64,000 nucleotides of DNA from assembly GCA_030867685.1 (NCBI GenBank), contig JAQOWU010000007.1, positions 2,294,001 through 2,358,000 of the forward strand, given 5' to 3'. Position numbers and translations under genes: made by a program. This document shows, piece by piece, positions 52,593 to 63,055 of the stretch. The stretch's first letter is position 1. Each line of letters starts with the position of its first letter. Origin of the DNA: Wickerhamiella versatilis. Taxonomy: Eukaryota. The notes below the pieces were generated by a model. It was not told the origin of the DNA and did no database searches. It was given only the letters and a program-made list of their open reading frames with translations.

Positions 52593-53272
52593 GTTTACGC
52601 AGACCGCAATCAACCCAAAACTAAGTCAGTTTTCACCTTGATATCTATTACTTAGCATATACGATTTTTTGAAGTCTAACTTCTCTAGTTACAAGAGTTC
52701 ATGATGTATATAGACATACATCTCTAGTTGAGATTTTAGAGCAGATCAAGCAGTTGAGCTATGTAGGATAAACACATATTTCTTCTGCCTTGGATTTGAT
52801 TGAAGCATCTCGCAGTTGGCTGTCATCAAATCTCTGGTTGCAGTCTACATGTAATAATGATTAGAGTGATTGATATGCCATCTATATGCTAGCACTTACG
52901 TTAAAGGCTTTACAAGCTATTTCCAGCCCCATCCAAAAAAAAACCACTGGAAAGTGTTTCAGCTAGTGCTTATTAATTTTGGTAAAGCCATACCGGGGTT
53001 TCACAAATTATATTTTTCAGTCCTTATATTAGAGTTGATAGTGAGTTTTTATTCGACCTCCCTTCCAAGCGAGGGTCGCTAGCTACCATATACGCTACAT
53101 GAAGTCCCCTGTTCGCCTTATAGCTCATATCATCCTTAGTACGAACAAAATTAGATTGTCGCTATTGCCTTCAGTAAAATACGCAACACTGGCGAGAACC
53201 TACTTCATTGCCTGTCTTCCTACATTAAGGAGATGGCTACATATAGCAGCAGGTGTGATTTCTTGTAATTCA

Positions 53273-53297
53273 TGGGCTATCTTGCGTTGTCCGACCA
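53273..53297 (+). repeat. Dispersed 25-bp element, copy 3
   Basis: TGGGCTATCTTGCGTTGTCCGACCA (2 transitions relative to copy 1). Confidence 0.85.
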
Positions 53298-53542
53298 GGG
53301 TCAGTAACAGCGTATCATGTGACTATTTGACAATTCACTACATGGTGGTGGAATCCAAGTTGACCAATTCAGAATACTGCAACATCTGGTAAGACGAACC
53401 AAGTAACAAGAAACAGAGAACATATTTCTAACAGGACCTTAGTATTTGCGGTTAAGCTACGCGCTAAAAGCTGAACGATATGATGCGAGTAAACATCAGG
53501 AGAGACAGGCATTACATAGATGCAATAATACCGTCATTGAAT

Positions 53543-53545
<3 letters not shown>

Positions 53546-53577
<32 letters not shown>
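53546..53577. repeat. (AT)16 microsatellite
   Basis: Perfect dinucleotide run read directly. Confidence 0.95.
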
Positions 53578-53579
<2 letters not shown>

Positions 53580-54423
53580 CAAAAGTAGATAGTAGACAAA
53601 TAAACTGGAAGGCGAATTCCCTACCAAGAGCGACCAATCACCAGCAAAGAAATTTTGTCATACCCTAAGCCTAAAGATAAGACTCGAATAAACGAGCTGC
53701 AAAGTAACTCTAGAGTAGCCAAACTAGATGCATGTGGAATAAACATGACAAAAAAATTACATTTTTATCAGAATCTTATTTTTTTTTCATGTCAAAACAT
53801 CTTTAAACCACTTGAAACACCATGCGACAGCACTTACAACGTCCGATCTTTCTTTGCGTAATCAAATATTTTTAAAGGAAAATAATAGAGCAACCCTTCA
53901 GATACTGAGGTTTATAAGTTTTTCCAGAATAGATGGACTATACGACGACTGCTGAGATCCCTTTACTGCACTTCTACTCTACCATTATACGAAATTAGCT
54001 TGAGATTAGTGAGATACCCTAGCCCTATTGATAAGGTTCCATCCATGTTTTGCACGCGACATCACTGCTTGTAGAGAGACCACTGGGAGCCTAAACCTAA
54101 ATTTATCGGTATTTTAGGAATGATTATTATTCAAGGAGTAAAATAAAATGTCTTTCGCGCCTGTGTCGTGATATTAGCAAGAAAAGTACCTAGAGGTAGG
54201 CCCGTCTAAGTCAGGAACATAGAGCCCTATTGTAGCCTAGGCTATACATAGGGTTCCATTTTCCATCTTTCGCATTATCGGAAATATTTTTTTCCGCTTT
54301 CTCCCTTCATAACTCTTGGACCAAATCACGTCAAATCTCAACCCTTCGTAGAAACCCTCACCCCGAATTTTCAGATATATCACGTCACAGTGTCCCAATC
54401 TAATTTACTTCTGTGAGTTGAAT

Positions 54424-57198
54424 ATGGGTATCAAACCCGTGCAGTCCGGCACATCTGTTGCCTCCGGGTCGCTTGATCCCAATAGGATTGTGCCCAATAT
54501 TAGTGCTAGGGATGTTGAGAAAACTCCTAAGAATGAAACTAATGAGAAGCTCAACCATATTGCTGGTGAAGTAATCACTTCCGAGGAATTTAGTATCCGC
54601 GAGGCAGCTTGCAGGAGATACGCCTTCTGGACGGCCCAGACAATACCTCCAGATCTGTGGGAGTATATTCTCACCCACATGGAGGATCGAACCTTTGACG
54701 AGTGGCTAGAGATTCTACGTGAACGTACTGAACGGTTCAGTGAAGATGAAAATGTGCCAAAGAGCTTCAAAGACTATCTCAGAAGTCTCTGCGATGGTCA
54801 ACCTCTTGACGGAATGTCGATAGAAGACTATGAAACTGTCGTTGAGTTCGAGGCATATATCATATATGACTGGAGTATATATCCACAGGTTCGATCATGT
54901 ACTAAGCCTTATGGATGGGAAGAAAGCGAAGATTATGAGAATTTCCGTACATACGTCATTAGTCTCTTCTTTGCCTTGGCGGCTTGCGCTTTGGATACCT
55001 TCTTCTATGAACGTAAACCACCTGTTTCTCTTCAAGGTGGTGCTATTCAGATTCTTATGGCAGGTGTGGGCAAACTCTGGGCGTTAATGCCGCGTATAGC
55101 CATTCCTATGGGCCGTGGCCGTGAATTCATAATAAACTCAGGAAAGCCGTGGAACTACAGAGAGCAAATGTTTGGAACTGTAGTGTTTGCGGTAAGCATA
55201 GGCTGTAATTGGGCAGAGGATGTCGCGATCGTCCTATCCAACCCGCACTTTTTTAATTTGGGTTTTCTAGAAGATGGCATCACTCCAGATCCCCAGGGAC
55301 CTGCGTCATTTGGCTTTGTTATTTTGACACAGTTGTCATTTGCCTTAACTGGTTTTGGCCTTGCAGGTATTATGAGAACATTCTTTGTGTATCCTGAAGA
55401 ATGTGTGTATTACGATACTCTTTACTTTAACTCTTTGGGGCGTTCAATGACAGAAAATGAGCCACGGGAAAAACCAGTTTCCCTAAAACTCAAAACTTAT
55501 GAAATGTTCTGGATCTTTGGCTGGTGCAACTTCGCATGGTATTGGATCACAAACCTTGGTTTCGAGGCATTGTCCCAATTCGGTTGGATGACTTGGATAT
55601 CTCCGGATAACATTGACCTGAATGCTATAACTGGTATTTCTACAGGATTAGCAATTAATCCCATTGCTACCTTTGATACGAATGTTATAGGGACAGGAAG
55701 CCAGTCATGTACATTCTTCTACACGCCATGGACTTGGCTATGGCAATGGCATTTTGGTGCTCTAATTGCTACAATTGGCATCATCGTTATGTGGTACACC
55801 AATGTAAGGTACACGAAGTATCTTCCCATTAATGCTCCTGATATTTTCGACAACACAGGTAATGGAACTACTTTTGATGTGACTAAGGTTTTGGACGAGA
55901 ACAATGCTTTCGACGATTCGAGCTATCAGCAGTATAGTCAACCATACTTTTCTGCTGGGTACCTTCTTACTTATGGCGTTTCTTTCATGTATATGCCCGC
56001 TGTAGTTGTATGGATGATACTTTATAAGTGGAAACTTATGGTCAAGAACGTTGGCTCTTTTGCTAAAGGCATATTCTCTACCACGAAGATTCTTGAGAAC
56101 TACGATGATCGATTCAGTCGTGAGATGAAGAAACACAAGGAAGCCCCCGAGTACTGGTATTTTGCCATGCTTTGTGTTGGATTTGGGTTTTCTATTGCTA
56201 CTGTGGAGCACTACGGTTTCGTTCAATGTCCTGTTTGGACACTTTTTGTTGGGGCTGCAATCGCTTGGGTGCTTCTATTACCAGCAAACACTCTTCGTGC
56301 GACCACAACCTACTTCTTTAACCCTTCAAAGTTTTTATCGATTATCTTCGGCCTGGCGCTACCACATAATGGCACAGGTAATTTGTTTGCCATGTACTAC
56401 GCGTACTGTTTTACTGAACAGACTGATAATTGGGTCGACAATCAAAAGATTGCACACTATTCTGGTATAAAACCGCGATCTATGTTCCGCGGCCAACTTA
56501 TTTCTACTCTGTTGAGCGCATTTGTTATGTCCGGCATCGTGACATGGCAGGCCCAAACTGGTATGGGAGATTTCCAACATTTCTGCACTACAGAAAGCCA
56601 CTCGAAGTTTGTTTGCATCAACGCAAAGACGTATTTCAATGATGCAGTAGCTTTCGGCACAATTGGACCACGCATCACATTCAACCAGATCTATCCGACT
56701 TTGAAGTGGACGTTTTTGATTGGTGCGCTTTTCCCTATTCCCTTCTGGGTATGCAAGGTGGTTCTTCCGATTCTTAGCAAACGTTTCCCTGAAAATTCGC
56801 GAAGTCGCAACATTTTGAGCTGTAGCTGGTTGCAATACATCAATGAGATTGTAATTTTGAATGCCGGTATGTACTGGGGTACATATAATTGGATGTACTA
56901 TTTCCCGAATTTTTATCTTGGCGCCCTGTGGCATTTCGTTGCCGAGAAAAAGTATCCTCGCTTCTGGAGCAAGTATTCATACATCCTATACAATGCTGTT
57001 TCTGTTGGTGTCTCGTTCGCAGCTCTATTCTGCTTTTTTGCCGCTCAATACAATCACAAGGTTAGTAAAGGAACTCGAACTTGGTGGGGAAATACTGTAT
57101 TTGGTACTACGCTAGATGCTAATGAACAGGCAGTTTACCCACTTGATGACCCCAGAGGCTACTTTGGGCCTGACAAAGGATCATTCCGAACCGACTAA
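54424..57198 (+). CDS. OPT-family oligopeptide transporter
   Basis: WSIYPQVRS (variant of SPYxEVR), KPWNYREQM, GFGLAGIMR, KIAHYSGIKPRSMFRGQ, GYFGP. First ATG at 54424. Confidence 0.92.
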   Translation: MGIKPVQSGTSVASGSLDPNRIVPNISARDVEKTPKNETNEKLNHIAGEVITSEEFSIREAACRRYAFWTAQTIPPDLWEYILTHMEDRTFDEWLEILRERTERFSEDENVPKSFKDYLRSLCDGQPLDGMSIEDYETVVEFEAYIIYDWSIYPQVRSCTKPYGWEESEDYENFRTYVISLFFALAACALDTFFYERKPPVSLQGGAIQILMAGVGKLWALMPRIAIPMGRGREFIINSGKPWNYREQMFGTVVFAVSIGCNWAEDVAIVLSNPHFFNLGFLEDGITPDPQGPASFGFVILTQLSFALTGFGLAGIMRTFFVYPEECVYYDTLYFNSLGRSMTENEPREKPVSLKLKTYEMFWIFGWCNFAWYWITNLGFEALSQFGWMTWISPDNIDLNAITGISTGLAINPIATFDTNVIGTGSQSCTFFYTPWTWLWQWHFGALIATIGIIVMWYTNVRYTKYLPINAPDIFDNTGNGTTFDVTKVLDENNAFDDSSYQQYSQPYFSAGYLLTYGVSFMYMPAVVVWMILYKWKLMVKNVGSFAKGIFSTTKILENYDDRFSREMKKHKEAPEYWYFAMLCVGFGFSIATVEHYGFVQCPVWTLFVGAAIAWVLLLPANTLRATTTYFFNPSKFLSIIFGLALPHNGTGNLFAMYYAYCFTEQTDNWVDNQKIAHYSGIKPRSMFRGQLISTLLSAFVMSGIVTWQAQTGMGDFQHFCTTESHSKFVCINAKTYFNDAVAFGTIGPRITFNQIYPTLKWTFLIGALFPIPFWVCKVVLPILSKRFPENSRSRNILSCSWLQYINEIVILNAGMYWGTYNWMYYFPNFYLGALWHFVAEKKYPRFWSKYSYILYNAVSVGVSFAALFCFFAAQYNHKVSKGTRTWWGNTVFGTTLDANEQAVYPLDDPRGYFGPDKGSFRTD

Positions 57199-57306
57199 TA
57201 ACTGATTCAATTAAATTTTTAATGCGGCGACAATCTTTTCACTTCTGACTTCACATTCATAATTAATAAAATATAGTTATCTTAAGAATGTTTATTGGCA
57301 CTTTTC

Positions 57307-59193
57307 CTAAGATATATCAATATCCGGATTCATATTTGTTACCGGCGACATTCCTAATGGAGTTGTCATGGAAGGTAGGGATTCACCAAAGCCAACAAGG
57401 GCTTGAGCATCGTTCAGAAGCTCAAATATGGCATCTTCTGACAACTCATCGGGCGCCACCGCCAGTTCATCATGGGCAACACCATCATACTCTGCGAATT
57501 GAGGCAGCTGTGATGCAAATTGGGTGGTATTGTTGTGGGAGTCTTTTTGAGGATTGCGGTCCGGATTTTCACTATATGAATTCTCGGAAAAATGCGACGT
57601 TATCGCCTGTAGAACGTTAAAGTAATTTTCGTGGCCCTGAGGCAGCAGCTTTTTCATGGTGCTTCCGGCCACTCCTATAAGTCTTACGACGCTCCTTTGT
57701 TCACTCAACTTGCAATGCACTGTACGAACCAGAAGTGATTTTGCCAGAAATAGAGATGCATGCAAAAGTCTAAGGATCCAAGTGATAGGCGCAAATCGTA
57801 GATTCAAAGGTATGTCAGATGCCTCGAACTCTATTATATTTTTTGCTGCGTCTAACGCGATATCCAGATATTTTCTCAAATCGTCAAATGCAATGAGCTT
57901 ATCCTCACTATCGTCAGCCTGCCAGGGGACTAAGGCAATCGAGAAAATGTAGAGCTGACAGTAATAGAACTCAAACATAATAGTACGATCGCGCCATGTG
58001 TTGCTCTTCACTATCTCAACGTAGTCTCGTTTCCACTTTTCCGTCAACGGAGAGAGGAAGCGCAGAGCGGCCAAATACCTACCACTAGAAATCAGCAGAC
58101 GTGTGGATTCTCTTGAAGGGTATAGGCTGGAATTCGTCATCTGGAGCAATTTTGCGCAGTCGAGTCTCGCTTTTTGGCCAATTGTGCACCTTGTCTGCAT
58201 CATGTTTTCAATGTACCCATTCTTATCTGAGTTGGCCTCGAATTTCATTGGCTGAAGTCCCATACGTGCTGCATTGAGGTGGTCGGCGAAATGCAGGGCT
58301 ATGAACGTCTCTACATCGTACTCTAGAATCCCCGTGAACTGCGCAAGACGCAGAGCTTGTCCCATAAGCGGCCAACAGATGCGAAAATGTTTCTCAATCG
58401 CCTCTTGCCTCGACTGCGACTCTTCAGGTAGAAACAAGGCGTTCGGAATCCAATCTGCTAAAATGATGATAGAAAATATAATGGGCTTAGCCTCATCATT
58501 TCTCCAATTCCACAGTTTATGATTTATAGTTTGTTGTAAGTAGAGCCAAAGCTTTCTGTGCGTCACGTCATAGCTTGTATCACCCTTAAGCTTGGCACCA
58601 ATTGTACAAATGACCGCAAGCACAGTTGGACATGTAGCCAAGATCCCTAGGTCATTGTACTCTTCTGGGATAAACGGCGCATAGAAGCTTGCGAGTTCGG
58701 TAAAAAAAAGCTCAACAAATACTGTAGCCTCAGCTGCGGAGATAATACCGTCGGTAACGATTGGGGATTGGTCAATTGAGATTCTGCCGTACGTATGTTC
58801 ATGAACTTCATCACATGGGTGCCCGGAGGCTACATCACCCCCTAATGAGTGTGTCCCGACTGCCTCATTCTCGTGATTTTCACTTCCTTGTGAGGCTTGA
58901 TTCATGATGGCAAGGGCATCATTAGCCGTGTACAGGTCCTGCCTTAAAGCCCCTACTGCCCTCGAAGGAGTCGTTTGAGAATCCCTTCGCTGCTTCTTTT
59001 TGATCTTTCCCTTAAGTACATTGTGGAATCCTCCCCTATTCTCTGTTGATGATATCTCGCATGATAGACCCGCTTTCTTACATCTACCACAAGGTGGCGA
59101 TGGATAAGCGACATCGTCGAAATCACATTTGACCTTTCGCTTGCGACAATTAAAGCACGCTTTACGAGCCCTTTGGCGAGCTGTCGGTGTCAT
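57307..59193 (-). CDS. Zn(II)2Cys6 transcription factor (Aro80-like spacing)
   Basis: RARKACFNCRKRKVKCDFDDVAYPSPPCGRCKKAGLSC; EFYYCQLYIFSIAL; LRFAP. Confidence 0.9.
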   Translation of the reverse strand: MTPTARQRARKACFNCRKRKVKCDFDDVAYPSPPCGRCKKAGLSCEISSTENRGGFHNVLKGKIKKKQRRDSQTTPSRAVGALRQDLYTANDALAIMNQASQGSENHENEAVGTHSLGGDVASGHPCDEVHEHTYGRISIDQSPIVTDGIISAAEATVFVELFFTELASFYAPFIPEEYNDLGILATCPTVLAVICTIGAKLKGDTSYDVTHRKLWLYLQQTINHKLWNWRNDEAKPIIFSIIILADWIPNALFLPEESQSRQEAIEKHFRICWPLMGQALRLAQFTGILEYDVETFIALHFADHLNAARMGLQPMKFEANSDKNGYIENMMQTRCTIGQKARLDCAKLLQMTNSSLYPSRESTRLLISSGRYLAALRFLSPLTEKWKRDYVEIVKSNTWRDRTIMFEFYYCQLYIFSIALVPWQADDSEDKLIAFDDLRKYLDIALDAAKNIIEFEASDIPLNLRFAPITWILRLLHASLFLAKSLLVRTVHCKLSEQRSVVRLIGVAGSTMKKLLPQGHENYFNVLQAITSHFSENSYSENPDRNPQKDSHNNTTQFASQLPQFAEYDGVAHDELAVAPDELSEDAIFELLNDAQALVGFGESLPSMTTPLGMSPVTNMNPDIDIS

Positions 59194-59566
59194 TTTAGCG
59201 CCACCTATCCATCAAAAAATAGCAGAATGTCTATCGCTATTCGGGTATGATTACACAGTTATCACAATCGAATGCCGGCTTAGATATGTCATCATGTAGA
59301 TCAGCTTGCACAGCATATTCGTGCATGTTCGTCAGATATATCTCGTGCCATAATATGCTTAGCCCTGTTCCATCCGAGATTATTAGTGCGTCCAATTTGT
59401 GGTCGTGTTATGCTTCCAACGATACATTCACACTATACTTAGCTAGTTTTACTAACCAATTTGCCTTCAGCCACAACGCAACGAAACAAACGAGTTTTGA
59501 GTTTAAATCCAGAGAAAAGTTATAGCGTGGATCAGATTGCCATAGGCTCCAAACAAGGGTGTTGTG

Positions 59567-60141
59567 ATGACTTATTTAGACAGTGGATGTTTTTATTCAA
59601 AAAATATCTATCAGTCAATTCAGCTTGGAAGGAGTTATCGGTTGGGAATCAGCTCAAGATTTTCTAATAAGGCTCATATAAACACGTATAAAAGCCGTAT
59701 TGTTTGGACTGGTAATTTGGGGAAAGCACGGCAGACTATTTATCATATCATAGAACCTGGGAGATCGATATGCCTGGAAAGTCAAAAGTTCATTGTTCAA
59801 ATGATCCGTTAATTGGTGGAGATCCTCATAAATTGAACCCCGAGGAACTATTAATTTCGGCCTTAGCTGGTTGCCATATGCTGTGGTATTTGCATTATGC
59901 ATCGGACGCGGGCATTGTGGTGGTTAAATACGAAGATACTCCGGCTGCTAAAGGAGAGGTTCCTGCTAGTGGCAAAGGGAATTTCATACAAGCGTTTTTA
60001 CGGCCACAAGTTACGGTTAAACGGGGAGCAAATCTGATGCAGGCAGAGAGGATCCATCAGAAGATACACAAGGTATGCTTCATTGCTAGATCCATTAACT
60101 TTCCCATAAAAGTCGAGCCTAGATTTTCAATATCAGATTAA
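59567..60141 (+). pseudogene. OsmC-family peroxiredoxin, bacterial type, split by a 1-nt frameshift (pseudogene or assembly error)
   Basis: Frame 1 reads TYKSRIVWTGNLG; the -1 frame continues ESTADYLSYHRTWEIDMPGK..NPEELLISALAGCHMLWYL..CFIARSINFP. The shift falls in the GGGG run at 59719-59722. Confidence 0.8.
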
Positions 60142-60160
60142 GTATGTCCAAAATATTTTG

Positions 60161-61906
60161 TTATTGCTGTAGCCAGGGTGGAAGCTCTCTCTCAACTGTT
60201 CCACGTACACCTGCATCTATACAGTCCTGCAAACTTCTAAAGTAGACTCCACGGCTAACCAAGCCCGGTGCATAGTGTGCATACTTTGCGGAATTTGTCA
60301 AAATATTCCTAGCCGAAGGAGGGATGATAGGCTCCTCAATCATACACCAGCAGGTGTCAGTGATTATTTTTGCCCCAAACCCCAATAAAATGTCTATGTA
60401 TCCCTCCTGTTTCGCACTTTCCACAATTTCGCGGTTCGATGTTATAACAAAGTCAGTCATTGGGTGCCTTGACCGTCCTCGGCAAAGATTTACGGTCTTG
60501 CGGAACTCAGAAAAGGAAAAGTGGGGATTTCCAAGGCAGACACAATCCACACTGTGACCCACTGCGCTGTTCAGCTCATTCCAACTGGATTTCAGGTCGG
60601 TTGGAGTGACATTGACCAGGGGTATTCCTTTACACAACCTATCTACTTGCTCAGAGGTTTTTGCCTCTGGAGTCACATAGGCTATATGATATACTGGAGA
60701 GCCTGAGGTGGTACCAAATGCTGCGGAAAACGCTTTCAGATCATCCCAGCTAGGTTTTGATTCCCTAACTCCCTGAATAATGGGAATTCTTCTACCAGAT
60801 ATTATGCCCACATGGTAACCAAGCAATGGGAAAAATGCATCATCAATATCTTTGGGTACATTGATGTTTATGCATAACTGAGGCCTTCTATTTTCCTCAA
60901 TGTGGGGTCCGGCATCCGGTGCTCGTCCCAGAATGGCAATGCATACATCCAAAAAGTCGGGGTACCTCGCCGTCTTTGCGCCAATAACGCTATTCGCAAA
61001 CACCACGGCATTGGATTCCGCCCACCCTATATTCTGTCCAGCATGTGGAGCAGACTGAAGCAAATACGGTGCACAGGAAAAGGTAGGCTCAGCACCCATT
61101 GCAACATACATATCAGCCAACTCGCTTGCCGGCACACCGAATGCGGGCTGGATGCCTAGGGATCGCCAATTCCGCCGATCTACCGATATTGAATTGAGAG
61201 TTGTTGGCACTGATACCTTTGCTCCCCATTCCAGCAGCTTTTTGGGGAACAGAAGACTGGCTTCGCCAGTATAAATGCAGCAGTCGATATGCGACTGGTC
61301 AATGTCAATAAGTTTTGATGCACCTTGGATCTCGGCCATGCGCAGGACTATTTCCATGGCAACTTGAGCTGCTTTTCCCTTGCCGCCATTCAATACCTCA
61401 ATGTCCTTATCAGCTAAAGAAACAGTAGGCTTTTTGTCGCTGAGCAGTGCCGGCACTGCATCATCGTCACTAGAAAACCTGTGCTTGGACAGTATCAATC
61501 TGTTCCCACAAACTCTAGCGGCTTTATACGCTTTCAGTTTAAGGAACTGGTCCATCGAGATACAGATAAGTGGAATTGACTTCCCACAAAGAACGGTGGC
61601 CAGTAAGCTACCAAGCGTTAATATTTCGTCCGCCTCGGCCAGAATTATGGCAGATGGAGCCTTATCGTGAAGAATAAGCTCGGTTAAAATGCTGCTCCCT
61701 GTACATGAGCCTCGTGAAATGGGTATTGCCAGTACCCGCCCCGTCACGAGCTTATCATGGAGGGCATGATGCTTGTCAACAATCTTCCCCGTTTTAGGAT
61801 CCACACCACCCCAGAAGCTTATACCCACCTCAGCATATAGTAGCTCACCCTCTGCTTTACCGGGGATCAGAGTGTGCCCGTCCACCACCAGCCTCTCCTT
61901 CTCCAT
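60161..61906 (-). CDS. Aconitase X, fused DUF126+DUF521 type (cis-3-hydroxy-L-proline dehydratase-like)
   Basis: SFWGGVDP, RGSCTGS, HIDCCIY, FSCAPY, WAESNAVVFANSVIGAKT, LGNPHFS, TDTCWCM, TNSAKYAHYAPG. Confidence 0.9.
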   Translation of the reverse strand: MEKERLVVDGHTLIPGKAEGELLYAEVGISFWGGVDPKTGKIVDKHHALHDKLVTGRVLAIPISRGSCTGSSILTELILHDKAPSAIILAEADEILTLGSLLATVLCGKSIPLICISMDQFLKLKAYKAARVCGNRLILSKHRFSSDDDAVPALLSDKKPTVSLADKDIEVLNGGKGKAAQVAMEIVLRMAEIQGASKLIDIDQSHIDCCIYTGEASLLFPKKLLEWGAKVSVPTTLNSISVDRRNWRSLGIQPAFGVPASELADMYVAMGAEPTFSCAPYLLQSAPHAGQNIGWAESNAVVFANSVIGAKTARYPDFLDVCIAILGRAPDAGPHIEENRRPQLCININVPKDIDDAFFPLLGYHVGIISGRRIPIIQGVRESKPSWDDLKAFSAAFGTTSGSPVYHIAYVTPEAKTSEQVDRLCKGIPLVNVTPTDLKSSWNELNSAVGHSVDCVCLGNPHFSFSEFRKTVNLCRGRSRHPMTDFVITSNREIVESAKQEGYIDILLGFGAKIITDTCWCMIEEPIIPPSARNILTNSAKYAHYAPGLVSRGVYFRSLQDCIDAGVRGTVERELPPWLQQ

Positions 61907-62087
61907 ATAAAATGGAGTATATCTTACTAATGAAATAACCAGCTCCTGATATACGGATTGTAGCGTAGGCTATGAAATCAGGATATCCACTAGCAACTAA
62001 ATAATATGCACGGAACCTTCGTTCTGTGCACCTTCTGAGCCATAGTTTATATCGTGTATAAGTATTATTACATAAGGGCGGGTGGTG

Positions 62088-62759
62088 ATGTGTGACCGAA
62101 GGTCAAATCAGAAGGATAGTGTGGACCAGGAGCTGGTTGAGTGGGCCAGAAATAATCTGGAAGGTATAATTGACGATGAGAACTACGCCAAGATGATTAG
62201 TGGTGTGGGATATGAACCATTCCTTGAGCATTACGAATTGGCCCGCCTCGAGTCCAATGAGGCCACATATGAATACCAGAATATCCGACTGAAAGATTTC
62301 AGTAATCAAAAAGAGTTCTTGGAGTACAGACGCCAGTGTATTGGAAATTTGTTTGGTAAGTGCGGCAAAAACACGTATGTGGAGCCCCCAATTTTCGTGG
62401 ACTTTGGATTCAACGTATGTGTCGGTGATAACTTCTACTGCAACTTTAACACGACCTTCTTGGACAGTTCGCTCATCATCATAGGTAATAATGTCTGGCT
62501 GGGGCCTAATGTCACCATTTCCTCAGTTAGCCATCCGCTCGAAGCCAAGGCCCGTCTGACGGCCATAGAGCATGCTCTTCCGGTACGAATTGGCAATAAT
62601 GTTTGGATAGGGGCGAACGTGGTGATTTTGGGGGGTGTGACAGTAGGGGATAATGCCGTATTAGCCGCTGGGGCAGTTATATCAAAAGACGTTCCCGCCA
62701 ATGTCGTTGCTGGCGGGGTTCCTGCGAAAGTTATTCGAGAAATAGATAATTCTGAATAG
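62088..62759 (+). CDS. Maltose/galactoside O-acetyltransferase (hexapeptide left-handed beta-helix family)
   Basis: VEPPIFVDFGFNVCVGDNFYCNFN, IGNNVWIGANVVILGGVTVGDNAVLAAGAVISKDVP, GVPAKVIR. First ATG at 62088. Confidence 0.92.
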   Translation: MCDRRSNQKDSVDQELVEWARNNLEGIIDDENYAKMISGVGYEPFLEHYELARLESNEATYEYQNIRLKDFSNQKEFLEYRRQCIGNLFGKCGKNTYVEPPIFVDFGFNVCVGDNFYCNFNTTFLDSSLIIIGNNVWLGPNVTISSVSHPLEAKARLTAIEHALPVRIGNNVWIGANVVILGGVTVGDNAVLAAGAVISKDVPANVVAGGVPAKVIREIDNSE

Positions 62760-62993
62760 ATAGAGGTGGTATTAATTAGCATATGTGATATTTCTTGATA
62801 CAAGATTAGGATGCCAAATTGGGATTCGTATGTTTAATTATATGACATTAGAAAACAACCAAAGGGCAAAACACCACCAATGTTAATTGTGTTAAATTCA
62901 CAGGATCTATCTATTAATTGACTATACCTCTCACTATATCTTAATTGGACTGCAATAGCAGCACCTTGCCTCTAAGTTTTACTGGGCGGCTGG

Positions 62994-63018
62994 TGGGCTA
63001 TCTTGCATTGTCCAACCA
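62994..63018 (+). repeat. Dispersed 25-bp element, copy 4
   Basis: TGGGCTATCTTGCATTGTCCAACCA, identical to copy 1. Confidence 0.9.
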
Positions 63019-63055
63019 GTCTCAGGTAGCAAGCTAAGCTAGGGGTTAGAACACA

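Noticed and set aside
59716-59728. Programmed -1 frameshift in the osmC-like gene (GGGAAAG)
   Set aside because: The heptamer is not in X_XXY_YYZ phase with the upstream frame; a single-base indel explains it more simply.
7760-63018. CRISPR interpretation of the repeated 25-mer
   Set aside because: Copies are 10-35 kb apart, in both orientations, in a eukaryotic context with no cas genes.
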